A stretch of DNA of 64,000 nt from Thermoplasmatales archaeon. Its GTDB lineage: Archaea > Thermoplasmatota > Thermoplasmata > Thermoplasmatales > GCA-001856825. Positions 8,623-18,467 of the stretch are shown piece after piece. Both the position numbers and the translations under genes were made by a program. Under the pieces are notes generated by a model. The model saw nothing but the letters and a program-made list of their open reading frames with translations. It did no database searches and was not told where the DNA came from. Each line of letters starts with the position of its first letter. The first letter of the stretch is position 1. Location: the NCBI GenBank assembly GCA_038728965.1, contig JAVYSX010000004.1, forward strand, positions 1,309 to 65,308. Direction: 5' to 3'.

Positions 8623-9930
8623 ATGATGAAAAATTACCTCTCTATGCATATCAGGGAGGTTCTTGACGATAAATATGTCTCAAAATCAGTAACAGTCAGG
8701 GGCTGGATTTACAGGGCAAGAGAATCAGGAAGCCTTGTCTTCCTCGTGGTAAGGGATTCAACTGACATAATTCAGGTTGTTGTAGAAAAAGGATCTGTCA
8801 CACCTGAGGAATTTGATAACGCAAAGAAGGCAACCGTAGAAAGTTCTCTTGAGGTAACCGGTATCTGTGTTAAAGAAAAGAAAGCAGTGACTGGTTACGA
8901 AATTCACGCTTCTAAGCTAGTTTTTTATCAAATTGCCGACGTATTTCCCATAACGAAGGACAAGAGCGATGAGTTCCTCTTAGATATCAGACATCTGTGG
9001 CTTAGAAGCAGAGAGATGACCGCCACGTTAAAGGTGAGGGAAGCTGTGCTTGACCTTATAAGGTCTTTCATGAAGGAGAAGGGCTATCATGAGGTCCAAC
9101 CTCCAATGTTCGTCGGGGCATCTGTCGAGGGCGGCTCTACTCTGTTCGAGGTTCCGTATTTTGGGGAGAAGGCATACCTTACGCAGTCATCGCAGTTCTA
9201 CCTTGAAGCATTCATATTCTCCCTTGAAGACGTATATACCATATCCCCATCATTCAGGGCTGAAAAATCAAGAACAAGGAGACATGTTACCGAATTTACG
9301 CACTATGAAGCTGAGGCTGCCTGGGTTAATAACAGCGGTATGATGGATCTAGAGGAGGAGCTCGTAGTTTACATAGCAGAGAACCTAGTTACAAGTGTTA
9401 GAGATGAGCTCGAAATTCTGAAGAGAGATATCAGTAAACTTAAGGCGATAGAGAAACCTTTTTATAAATACAGATACGAGAAAGTGCTGGAAATAGGTAG
9501 AGAGAAAGGCCTCGACCTTGGGGAGTATGTGGATCTTGGTGAGAAGGAGGAGAGGATAATAACTCAGGAGTTTGATAAGCCCATATTCATCTACAATTTC
9601 CCGACATCCCTGAAACCCTTCTACCACAGACCTGATCCTGAAGACAGGAGCCACGTCCTAAATCATGATCTCCTGGCTCCTGAGGGTTATGGGGAAATAA
9701 TAGGAGGAGGGGAGAGGATATGGAAAAAGGATGAGTTGATCTCTAGGATTAAGGAGGAGAATCTGAGGGCAGAGGATTATCAGTGGTACATAGATCTTAG
9801 AAGCTACGGAAGTGTCCCGCATTCCGGGTTCGGACTTGGTATAGACAGGATGGTAACATGGCTAACCGGCTTAGATCACATAAATAAAGTGATAGCGTTC
9901 CCACGGACCATTAGGAGGCTGAGGCCTTGA
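8623..9930 (+). CDS. asnS: Asparaginyl-tRNA synthetase
   Basis: OB-fold RGWIY, YLTQSSQFYLE, SFRAEKSRTRRH and PHSGFGLGIDR motifs. Confidence 0.92.
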   Translation: MMKNYLSMHIREVLDDKYVSKSVTVRGWIYRARESGSLVFLVVRDSTDIIQVVVEKGSVTPEEFDNAKKATVESSLEVTGICVKEKKAVTGYEIHASKLVFYQIADVFPITKDKSDEFLLDIRHLWLRSREMTATLKVREAVLDLIRSFMKEKGYHEVQPPMFVGASVEGGSTLFEVPYFGEKAYLTQSSQFYLEAFIFSLEDVYTISPSFRAEKSRTRRHVTEFTHYEAEAAWVNNSGMMDLEEELVVYIAENLVTSVRDELEILKRDISKLKAIEKPFYKYRYEKVLEIGREKGLDLGEYVDLGEKEERIITQEFDKPIFIYNFPTSLKPFYHRPDPEDRSHVLNHDLLAPEGYGEIIGGGERIWKKDELISRIKEENLRAEDYQWYIDLRSYGSVPHSGFGLGIDRMVTWLTGLDHINKVIAFPRTIRRLRP

Positions 9931-9977
9931 TTAGCTACCTGGTTTAAAATTATTTTTATCACAGTTAAGCATGGTGA

Positions 9978-10229
9978 GTGGTGAGGTGTGTCTTCTCAGA
10001 CCTTAGGGGGGTATGCCATTATAAGTACCCTGGTTACAGATGCATAGAGGAAGAATGTGAGGTTTGGGGTATTTTCAACGCGATGGAAAATGAATGCGTA
10101 TATCTAGATAACAAAGGGTGCTGGAAGCTAAATCTCCTTGCGTGTAAGGGAAGGGAAAACTGCGTGTACTTCAGGGAACACTTTGATAATCCCAATGAGG
10201 TTATAAGATCGAGAGAAAATGAAAAATGA
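9978..10229 (+). CDS. Small cysteine-rich hypothetical protein (two 4-Cys units)
   Basis: 8 Cys in two similarly spaced groups; fills the gap between asnS and nmd3. Confidence 0.6.
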   Translation: MVRCVFSDLRGVCHYKYPGYRCIEEECEVWGIFNAMENECVYLDNKGCWKLNLLACKGRENCVYFREHFDNPNEVIRSRENEK

Positions 10230-10255
10230 TTTAACTCTTAATTGAATAAGAGACC

Positions 10256-11224
10256 ACGAAATGCATTGTATGTGGTAATGAAACGACCGACGGGAACTAC
10301 ATATGTGAAGAATGCCGGCGGCCGAAGAGCAAAAACACCGGTCCGGTAAAGGTTAAAATTAAAAAGTGCCCCAACTGTGGAAGGGTGATGCATGTTAACT
10401 GGGACGATATAGACAAATTAGATGTTCCAAAATCAGTTTTGGAAAAGGTCGTCGGCCTTTCGGTTGAGGGAATTACTACGTCTGGGGACGAGAGAAATAT
10501 TAGGGTGTCATACTCAGGCAGATTAATTGAGAACGATGAGAATGTTACGGGAGAACTTATTATTCAAGTTTCATCAGTTACTTGCCCAACCTGCGCGAGG
10601 AAGCTCGGCAACTATTACGAGGCAACGGTACAGATAAGGGGCAGATCCGGGGAGGAAAAGAAAGCGATTGATTATTTGAGCTCTCTTGTTGAAGCCTCTA
10701 AGTCTGAGGGCGTTTTTATAACCAGGGTAGAGCAGAAGAAAGAGGGTTATGATGTTCTACTCTCTGACAAAAAGTTTGCAAGAGCTGCCGCTAAGAAGGT
10801 GATAGAAAAATTTGGTGGGACAACTAAGGAAACTTCTCACCTTGTTGGACTAAAGGATGGCAATGAACTCTATAGGGTCACAATTTCAATCAGAATCCCG
10901 ACCTTTAAAAGAGGGGATGTGATACAACTAGAAAACGAGCTGTTCATGGTGAAGCTTATCAAGGGAGAAACATTGGTACTCCTCAACCTGAAGAGCGGCT
11001 CTGCGCGAAATGTGAAATTCAGGGATCTGAAAGGTTATTCCGTATTCACCGCTAAAGAGCACATAAGGGAGGCAAGGGTGCTTTACAGGCAGGGAAACAC
11101 AGCGTACATTATGGACCCGTTTGATTTTAAGGAGAAAGCCATAATAAATGATGGAAAATCGGACTCAATAAAGGTGGTAAAGGTTGGTGAAGAGCTTATA
11201 GGAATACGTGACTCACTCCTTTAA
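10256..11224 (+). CDS. nmd3: NMD3 family ribosome biogenesis protein; probable ACG start
   Basis: CPTC...GNYYEATVQIRG and LYRVTISIR motifs. The frame is open upstream of the called GTG (10385) to a TAA at 10247 and encodes KCIVCG..ICEEC..KCPNCG. Confidence 0.85.
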   Translation, partial: TKCIVCGNETTDGNYICEECRRPKSKNTGPVKVKIKKCPNCGRVMHVNWDDIDKLDVPKSVLEKVVGLSVEGITTSGDERNIRVSYSGRLIENDENVTGELIIQVSSVTCPTCARKLGNYYEATVQIRGRSGEEKKAIDYLSSLVEASKSEGVFITRVEQKKEGYDVLLSDKKFARAAAKKVIEKFGGTTKETSHLVGLKDGNELYRVTISIRIPTFKRGDVIQLENELFMVKLIKGETLVLLNLKSGSARNVKFRDLKGYSVFTAKEHIREARVLYRQGNTAYIMDPFDFKEKAIINDGKSDSIKVVKVGEELIGIRDSLL

Positions 11225-14200
11225 GATTTCCTCATCATTTTGACCTTCATGTTCATGCCGGAGATTTCCCACTCAGATTCGAGCCCATCATCAACATTTC
11301 CCATCTCACCCTGGGTGTTATCCAGAACATAGCTTGAATATTCGTTGAATGCCCTGATCAAAAGCGGATCGCCAGATACTTCAAAAATAACCTTATCCGT
11401 GTACTCTAGATTCATTTGCCTCCTCATGCTCTGAATCCTTCTAACTATCTCTCTAGCCAGCCCCTCCAGCATCAGCTTTTCATCAGTTTCCTTGTTGACC
11501 AAGAGGATTAGATTTGAAGCCTCGTCTGAAACATAACTTTCTCTAAGCTCCCTGACGACATCAACGTCCTCGATCTTGATTGTATTATTTAGTATTGTAA
11601 CGATCCCGTTTCTCCTCAAGGACTCCTGATTTTCTGGCCGGGACAGTTCCTCCCCAGCATCATTAAGATGTCTTCCGAATATCTTTCCTGCAACGCTTTT
11701 CTTTAAAATGAAACGTTCGTTTACGTAATCATTCAGTTGACCAATCTTAAGTTCCTTGGTGTTCAGTTCCTTCTTGATGATATCTTTGAACTCGTCTACT
11801 ATTCGTGAATATTTACTATCCGTGATAACGATCTCTTTCACTGGCCTCCTAAGGGTGAGACCGTTCTTTTGTCTTACCCTCCTGCCAGTCTCTACTATCT
11901 CCTTGACGATGTCCATCTCCTCTATTAAATTTTCATCAATTTCCCCAGCTGATGGAAACCGGGTTAGGTGAACTGATCTTTCGCCTGTCATCTTCATGAA
12001 CACATAGTCTGAGAAATAAGGTGTAAATGGTGCAAGAAGAGCGAGAGAAGCTTTGATGGCGTAATATGAAGCGTAGTAGGCTGACCTCTTCCCGGATGTA
12101 ACCTCATTTTCCCAGAATAAATCCCTCGATAGTCGGAGATACCACTGACTTAAATCAAGGATTAAGCCTTTGATCTCCTCCAAGGCAAGATGGGGCTCGT
12201 AGTTGTCCATGTAATTCGTTACAAGAGCAATGCACTTGTTTGTTCTTGAGATCAGCCATCTGTCAAGCGATGATATTATCTTCTCCTCTGCCGGGATCCA
12301 TTTATCAAGACTTGCATTTGTAGAGAATAAGAAGTACGAGTTGTACAGTGTTCCCAGCATTTTCCAGGATAGCTCGCGGGCGCTATCTTCGGTGAATCTC
12401 TTCGGTTTCCACGGCGGACCCTGGAAGAAAAAGAGGCGAAGGGAGTCTGTGCCAATACGATCTATTATCTCCAGAGGGTTTACAGTATCCCCCCTAGACT
12501 TGCTCATCTTCTCTCCCTTGGAATTTAGAATGAATTCCATGACCACTACATTTCTGAACGCGTTTCTGCCGAACAGTAGCGACGATATAACATGTAGCGA
12601 ATAGAACCATCCCCTTGTCTGGTCCATCGCTTCGCTGATAAAATCTATCGGGTTATTTTCTTCGAATAGCTGGGAGTTCTCAAAAGGGTAATGAAACTGG
12701 GCAAAGAACGCAGACCCGGAGTCGAACCAAGTATCTATGGGGTATGGTTCTCTCTTCATATTTTCCCCGCAATTACCGCACTTCACAACTATCTGATCCA
12801 CCTTGGGGCGATGGAGCTCGAAATCCTCCGGAACAAATGATGCGTGTTCAAGCAGCTCTTTCTTGCTACCGGGGACGAAAACGTGACCATTCCTGCAAAC
12901 CCAAACGGGGAGCGGCGTCCCCCAAAACCTGTTCCGCGACAGAGCCCAGTCCTTCCCCTCGCCAAGGAAGTTTCCAAATCTTCCTGAACCGATGTAATCG
13001 GGTTTCCAGTTGACGTTTCTGTTGTATTCCACTATCTTGTCTTTTACCCTCGAGACTCCAATGAACCACGACTCAACTGGATAATAAATTAACCTAGTAT
13101 CACATCGCCAGCAAAACGGATACGTGTGAACAGCCTTCTCAGTTTTCAGAAGCTTTCCGTCCTCTTTCAGTAGGGAGATGATACCCTCACTTGCAGTCTG
13201 TACGTCCATACCCTTCCAAGGGCAATCCAGCGATATCTTCCCCGATTCATCGACCGTTATGTACAGTTCTCCCCTTTCTCTCTTCATTACTGCATAGTCG
13301 TCCGCACCGAATGCCGGAGCAACGTGCACTATACCTGAACCTTCATCCTTAGTGACAAAATCCGCAGAAACAACGTACAGCCCTTTTTTAATCTTGAGAT
13401 AAGGCAGTAGCTGTTCGTACCTAGTTCCGGATAGCTGGCTGCCAATTCTTCTATCTATGATCTCAGCGCTTGGGAACAATACCTTCGCGCGATCCTCCTG
13501 AATCCATACCTTCTTGCCATTGATCACTATTAGAGAATATATGAAATCAGGATTTACAGCCAGATATTCGTTCGCTGGAAGGGTCCACGGGGTTGTCGTC
13601 CAAACAAGAAAATATTCGTCATTCCCTGCCGCCTTAAAGAGCACATATATCGAAAAATCCTCCACATCTTTATAACCCTGGGCAACTTCGTGAGAACTAA
13701 GTGTTGTTCCGCACCTAGGGCAGTAGGGTGATACCCTAAAATCCTTGAATAGGAGACCATCTTCATACAGTTTCTTTAAAGCCCACCACTCACTTTCTAT
13801 GTACTCGTCCCTCATAGTTACGTACGCGTCCTTATAATCTACCCAGTACGCAAGCCTCTTCGATGCCTCTTCCCAGAGCTTAACATATTCAAATACGCTC
13901 CTTTTGCATAGGCTGTTGAACTTCTCTATTCCCATCTTCTCGATTTCTGATTTGTTCTTTATCCCCAGTTTCTTTTCGATCTCGATCTCAACAGGGAGAC
14001 CGTGACAGTCCCACCCGGCAATCCTCGGATAGATGTAATATCCTTTCATTGTCTTATACCTGAGGAAGAGGTCTTTCATTGCCCTTGTCTCTGCGTGACC
14101 TATGTGAGGCGGGCCGTTAGCGGTAGGAGGCCCTTCGAGAAACGAAAACCTTTCCTTCCCCCTATTTATTGAGAATGATTCTTCCATTATATTCTCTCTT

Positions 14201-14316
14201 TCCCAGTAAGCAAGTATTTCCTTCTCAATGGCTAAGAGATCGAATGTTGGGGGAACCTTTTCTAGCATGGGCTCCGTTATATTCATCTTATTCATATCAA
14301 TTTCTGTTGCAACCAC
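11221..14316 (-). CDS. ileS: Isoleucyl-tRNA synthetase
   Basis: EGPPTANG.PHIGH, GWDCHGLP, WTTTPWTLP and KMSKS motifs. The true start may be a downstream ATG. Confidence 0.96.
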   Translation of the reverse strand: MVATEIDMNKMNITEPMLEKVPPTFDLLAIEKEILAYWERENIMEESFSINRGKERFSFLEGPPTANGPPHIGHAETRAMKDLFLRYKTMKGYYIYPRIAGWDCHGLPVEIEIEKKLGIKNKSEIEKMGIEKFNSLCKRSVFEYVKLWEEASKRLAYWVDYKDAYVTMRDEYIESEWWALKKLYEDGLLFKDFRVSPYCPRCGTTLSSHEVAQGYKDVEDFSIYVLFKAAGNDEYFLVWTTTPWTLPANEYLAVNPDFIYSLIVINGKKVWIQEDRAKVLFPSAEIIDRRIGSQLSGTRYEQLLPYLKIKKGLYVVSADFVTKDEGSGIVHVAPAFGADDYAVMKRERGELYITVDESGKISLDCPWKGMDVQTASEGIISLLKEDGKLLKTEKAVHTYPFCWRCDTRLIYYPVESWFIGVSRVKDKIVEYNRNVNWKPDYIGSGRFGNFLGEGKDWALSRNRFWGTPLPVWVCRNGHVFVPGSKKELLEHASFVPEDFELHRPKVDQIVVKCGNCGENMKREPYPIDTWFDSGSAFFAQFHYPFENSQLFEENNPIDFISEAMDQTRGWFYSLHVISSLLFGRNAFRNVVVMEFILNSKGEKMSKSRGDTVNPLEIIDRIGTDSLRLFFFQGPPWKPKRFTEDSARELSWKMLGTLYNSYFLFSTNASLDKWIPAEEKIISSLDRWLISRTNKCIALVTNYMDNYEPHLALEEIKGLILDLSQWYLRLSRDLFWENEVTSGKRSAYYASYYAIKASLALLAPFTPYFSDYVFMKMTGERSVHLTRFPSAGEIDENLIEEMDIVKEIVETGRRVRQKNGLTLRRPVKEIVITDSKYSRIVDEFKDIIKKELNTKELKIGQLNDYVNERFILKKSVAGKIFGRHLNDAGEELSRPENQESLRRNGIVTILNNTIKIEDVDVVRELRESYVSDEASNLILLVNKETDEKLMLEGLAREIVRRIQSMRRQMNLEYTDKVIFEVSGDPLLIRAFNEYSSYVLDNTQGEMGNVDDGLESEWEISGMNMKVKMMRKS

Positions 14317-14494
14317 AATTTTGAAACACTGATCATTTCCTTTTTCAGTTTTCTCACTTCACGCATACTTGAAATGACGCTCTGAAACTAAAAAAGTTTA
14401 CTAGGAGCATAGCCTTCGGATCTACTGAAAATTTACAGGTAGGGACGCCCCGTTTTGAACGCCCAGATAAAAATATGAATTCAGGGAAACTCAA

Positions 14495-14777
14495 TGCTGT
14501 GTTTAATGAATAACTAAGCTGTCCGGAGTCCTAGGCTCCTCAGTTCTTCCCTTTTGGGTACAACTTCCCACTCAAACACCTGGCACCCTTCCTCTTCAGG
14601 AATGTCAGCACCTTCATCTCGTCTTCCCTCCTTATCATGAACAGACCCTTGTAATACCTGATGTGCTTTATCCCGTCAAGGAAGCCCTTCTTTAAATGTG
14701 TAACAAATAGCCAGAAATCAATTTTAATTCACAGAAACAGCAGTCAACACACATAGGGCTATTCATTAAATACAGCA
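14495..14777. mobile_element. Non-autonomous, internally deleted IS (MITE-like), 283 bp
   Basis: 18-bp TIRs TGCTGTGTTTAATGAATA / TATTCATTAAATACAGCA (1 mismatch), flanked by the 9-bp direct repeat GAAACTCAA at 14486-14494 and 14778-14786. Confidence 0.88.
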
Positions 14778-14828
14778 GAAACTCAATAAATGCTTAAATA
14801 TAGCATTCCGATTTAGTGCGCATCACCG

Positions 14829-15125
14829 GTGATACAATTGAAGTTACCTAGGAAAGTTAAAAGATATTGCCCGTTCTGCAAGAGGCATACCCTTCAGGAA
14901 GTGGAGAGAGTAAAGAAGAGGAAAGCTAGCGAACTGAGGAAGGGGCAGAGGAGATTCAGGCGGGTTACATCCGGTTATGGCGGTTTCCCGAGACCTGTAT
15001 ACGAAGGCAGGGAAAAGCCGACGAAGAGGATAAACATAAGGTACAGATGCCTCGAATGCAAAAAGGCATATCACACACCAACTTGGAGGGCTAAAAAGTT
15101 CGAACTTGAGGAGGTTGAAGCTTGA
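14829..15125 (+). CDS. rpl44e: 50S ribosomal protein L44e (eL42)
   Basis: [17 protein letters not shown] and RCLECKK motifs. Confidence 0.96.
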   Translation: MIQLKLPRKVKRYCPFCKRHTLQEVERVKKRKASELRKGQRRFRRVTSGYGGFPRPVYEGREKPTKRINIRYRCLECKKAYHTPTWRAKKFELEEVEA

Positions 15126-15314
15126 ATGCCGACGAAGTTAAAAGGTATTGAGAAATCGTTCGTTAAAATAAAGTGCCCTGACTGTGGGTCTGAGACTATA
15201 ACGTATTCCCGCGGATCTACAGAGGTAAAGTGTCTGGTGTGCGGTACGGTACTGGCTAAACCCACAGGTGGCAAATACCTGGTAAACGGCGAAATTGTGG
15301 GAGAATTCAAATGA
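15126..15314 (+). CDS. rps27e: 30S ribosomal protein S27e
   Basis: KCPDCG...CLVCGTVLAKPTGGK. Confidence 0.96.
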   Translation: MPTKLKGIEKSFVKIKCPDCGSETITYSRGSTEVKCLVCGTVLAKPTGGKYLVNGEIVGEFK

Positions 15315-16069
15315 AAAAAGAAGACCCTGAAGTGGGGGATGTTGTCGTTTGCACAGTCAAAGAGGTAAGGGATTTCGGCGTCGTATGTACCTTGGATGAA
15401 TTTAGCGGCAAAGAGGGTTTTATTCATATTTCGGAAATCACGTCAGGGTGGATAAAATATATCAGGGACTACGTGAGAGAAGGCCAAAGGATAGTCTGCA
15501 AAGTTCTGGACGCAAACCCATCTAGGGGTAGATTCGATCTTTCCCTCAGAAGGGTTAACGATCATCAGAAGAGAGAGAAGCTCAAGGAATGGAAGAATGA
15601 GCAGAGATCTAAGAAAATCCTCGAGAATATAGCCGTCCAGAACAAGGGTAAACTTGATGCAGAAAAGGTTATGGATGAACTTGAAGACAAGTTCGGTTCG
15701 CTATCCTACGCACTCGAGGTTGCATCGACAGACCCGCAACAGTTTGCAGAGGCAACTAAGGGGGCTGAATGGGCAAAAATGATCCTTGAATACGCTAGAG
15801 AGAATCTTAAACCGCCGGTTGCTGTGGTAAAAGGGACGATAACTTTAAGAGATGGGTCTGGCAGGGGGATAAGCGTTATAAAGGAAGCGCTCAGGGCAGG
15901 GGAGAATGATAGCGTACAGATATCATACATAGGCGCCCCCCATTATAGGATAGTGGCCAAAGCGCCTGATGTAAAGCAGGCCGAGGAACTTATGAGGAAA
16001 ACAGCTGAAACTATTATTTCTACGATTAAGAAAAACGGCGGAACTGGGGAGGGACCGGTGAAACAATGA
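15311..16069 (+). CDS. eif2a: Translation initiation factor aIF2 alpha
   Basis: S1 domain GFIHISEI..GWIK, DLSLRRV, IGAPHYRI; conserved synteny. Confidence 0.96.
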   Translation: MKKEDPEVGDVVVCTVKEVRDFGVVCTLDEFSGKEGFIHISEITSGWIKYIRDYVREGQRIVCKVLDANPSRGRFDLSLRRVNDHQKREKLKEWKNEQRSKKILENIAVQNKGKLDAEKVMDELEDKFGSLSYALEVASTDPQQFAEATKGAEWAKMILEYARENLKPPVAVVKGTITLRDGSGRGISVIKEALRAGENDSVQISYIGAPHYRIVAKAPDVKQAEELMRKTAETIISTIKKNGGTGEGPVKQ

Positions 16070-16227
16070 AAACCCTTATTCTTAAGTGCCCAAAATGCGG
16101 TAATTACACAATGAATGCCAGATGCCCGGTGTGCGGCTCCGCTACCATTTCTTCTCTCCCCCCAAGATTCTCCCCCCAAGATAGGTTTGGCAAGTACAGA
16201 ATGAGGATTTTGTATGGAAAGGAGTGA
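16066..16227 (+). CDS. nop10: H/ACA RNP protein Nop10
   Basis: Not in the ORF track. Manual translation: MKTLILKCPKCGNYTMNARCPVCGSATISSLPPRFSPQDRFGKYR. Confidence 0.95.
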   Translation: MKTLILKCPKCGNYTMNARCPVCGSATISSLPPRFSPQDRFGKYRMRILYGKE

Positions 16228-16232
16228 TTTGA

Positions 16233-16982
16233 ATGGATGATGTGATCATAAGGCTGGTCGAGGATGTAAAATTGAAGAATTCGGTTCTTCTGGTAGGATT
16301 ACCAGGAATAGGGAATGTGGGGAAGATATCGGCAGATTTCCTGATAGAAAACATAAAGGCAAAGAAGCTGGTGGACGTTTTCTCGGTGCATTTGCCCCCA
16401 CAGGTACTGATCAATGAGGAATCTTCAGCTAGACTGGTAAGGAACGAACTCTATTACAAAAAGAGGAAGGAAGGAGACCTGATAATATTCACCGGTGACT
16501 TCCAGGGCCTAACATCGCAGGGTCAGTACGAGATCTGCTACAAGGTCCTCGAATTAAGCAAGAAACTTGACGTGAAGAAGATCGTTACACTTGGGGGGTA
16601 TCAGATCGGGAAACTTATGGAGATACCTAGGGTCCTGGGAGCCTACACTTCAGAGGATATGAAGAATGAGGTTGAGAAACTGGGTGTTATCTTTTCAAAA
16701 AATGAGCCGGGGGGCGGGATTGTCGGTGGAGCAGGGCTGATCCTTGGACTTGGCTATGAACTGTTCGACATACCTGGGGTGTGCCTCATGGGCGAGACTT
16801 CGGGCTATTTTACAGATCCAAAATCGGCGAAGCAGGTGACGAAGGTCGTGGTTGATTACCTCGGATTGAACGCAGATGTTTCTATCTTCGACGAGAAGAT
16901 AAAGGAGATAGAGGACATTACAAACAGGATGATGGAGGCCCCAACCGAGGAGAAAAGAGAAGACCTTGGGTACTTTGGGTAA
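16233..16982 (+). CDS. PAC2 family proteasome assembly chaperone-like protein
   Basis: GLPGIGNVGK, TLGG and CLMGETSG...DPKSA motifs; usual position after nop10. Confidence 0.9.
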   Translation: MDDVIIRLVEDVKLKNSVLLVGLPGIGNVGKISADFLIENIKAKKLVDVFSVHLPPQVLINEESSARLVRNELYYKKRKEGDLIIFTGDFQGLTSQGQYEICYKVLELSKKLDVKKIVTLGGYQIGKLMEIPRVLGAYTSEDMKNEVEKLGVIFSKNEPGGGIVGGAGLILGLGYELFDIPGVCLMGETSGYFTDPKSAKQVTKVVVDYLGLNADVSIFDEKIKEIEDITNRMMEAPTEEKREDLGYFG

Positions 16983-17044
16983 AACCTGGTTGTAACTATT
17001 TCTGCCCCAGTTAAGGATTTATATTACTTTTTTTATCCCCAAGT

Positions 17045-17209
17045 ATGGAGGAATTGCTTGTCCATTTTGATATTTTCAAAGATGGGTCTAAGTTTATCGC
17101 AAAGGTTAAGAGCGAAATGGGAGGGTTAAGAGAATTCTCGGCTAGGAACATGGACAAACTCATGGAAGAGGTAATCATAGATATAAGCCAGGAGTTTGAG
17201 AACGTATAA
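17045..17209 (+). CDS. Small hypothetical protein (54 aa)
   Basis: Not in the ORF track: MEELLVHFDIFKDGSKFIAKVKSEMGGLREFSARNMDKLMEEVIIDISQEFENV. TATA-like TTTATATT at 17018, 27 nt upstream; fills the gap exactly. Confidence 0.7.
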   Translation: MEELLVHFDIFKDGSKFIAKVKSEMGGLREFSARNMDKLMEEVIIDISQEFENV

Positions 17210-17211
17210 GC

Positions 17212-18441
17212 CTATTTCCTCTTTATTAAAGCCTTATAGAGGCGTTTCATTAGTAGAGGCTGGACTGTGAGTGAAACGAATATCACTATCAGTGTTATCG
17301 CCTCAATAGCCTTTCCCCAGAAAGTGAAAAGGGGATTCCCTGTCTCAATTCCGAGTATCAGGATTGTCGGGGATAGTATTGCAGGAAATACGCCCCTTGT
17401 TCCCTCGAGGCCCACAAACAGCAGGTCTCCTTTATTCATATCTCTGTCAAGTGAGCCAGCGACCATAACAGCCATAGGTCTTACTAAAAATATCAGCGCG
17501 AACGCGATAATTATGCCCGCTACTGCGTAAGACCCGAGGATGGAAAGATCTATGGAAGCGCCTAGGAACACAAATATTAATATTGAAGCAAATGAAGATA
17601 CGTTGTCCATGAATATAGAGTAGTTCTCAAATTCAGGATCGCGCGGCATGAAATTGCCAGACAGAACACCGAATATGGCTGCCGACATGTATCCTGAACC
17701 TCCGGCAACCAATGCTAGTGTGTATGATGAAAGACCAAACAGGAGAAGCATGGCAGTGTAATAGTCCCTGAACGTTCTCGGCAACTTAGCTCGCAGCAGG
17801 TATATAAGACCGAAAAGAGAAACCGATATGGTTACAGGGAGCAGCCCCTGCGTGAATATTACATACAGGGGAATGTTGCTGAACTTGAATGGCGATGATT
17901 GAATGAACCCTATGTTTGATGGAAAGAAGATCAGGACAACCACAATCAGGAAAAGGTAGGAAAAGGGATCATTGAAGACTGATTCCGATACTAGAAGCGT
18001 GGACGGAACTTCCGGTATCTTACTCTTTTTGAGCGATGTGATGACAGATGCCGGATCGGTGGAGGATATTATCGCACCTATTACAAACCCCACCCATATC
18101 GGGGCCCTTATTACCAGAATCACGACTATGCCGGTAGCAATGCCGGTCACGAAGAGGACAAACGTTAGAAGGAGGGAGAGCGGTTTTATGACCCTCCTCA
18201 GGACAAACCGATTAATCTTGCTTGATTCAGCTAAGATGATGAAAGCGGCACCGATCGGACCAACATAATTGTAGAAGAGCAAAGCGGCCTCATTTGGTTT
18301 TATGAAAAAGAAAACTGGACCAACAAGTATCCCTAGGAGGAGGAGGTAAGGGATATAAACTGTTCCCGTGACCCTGGCTATTAGCGTTGCAAGATACCCT
18401 ACAGTTAATGCTATAAGTACAGGGCCCAGTACATTATACAT
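17212..18441 (-). CDS. CPA1 family cation/H+ antiporter
   Basis: SSTDPASV and ESVFND motifs; about 12 TM segments. Confidence 0.9.
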   Translation of the reverse strand: MYNVLGPVLIALTVGYLATLIARVTGTVYIPYLLLLGILVGPVFFFIKPNEAALLFYNYVGPIGAAFIILAESSKINRFVLRRVIKPLSLLLTFVLFVTGIATGIVVILVIRAPIWVGFVIGAIISSTDPASVITSLKKSKIPEVPSTLLVSESVFNDPFSYLFLIVVVLIFFPSNIGFIQSSPFKFSNIPLYVIFTQGLLPVTISVSLFGLIYLLRAKLPRTFRDYYTAMLLLFGLSSYTLALVAGGSGYMSAAIFGVLSGNFMPRDPEFENYSIFMDNVSSFASILIFVFLGASIDLSILGSYAVAGIIIAFALIFLVRPMAVMVAGSLDRDMNKGDLLFVGLEGTRGVFPAILSPTILILGIETGNPLFTFWGKAIEAITLIVIFVSLTVQPLLMKRLYKALIKRK

Positions 18442-18467
18442 GCTTTCTTAATATCCATTCCATTAAT

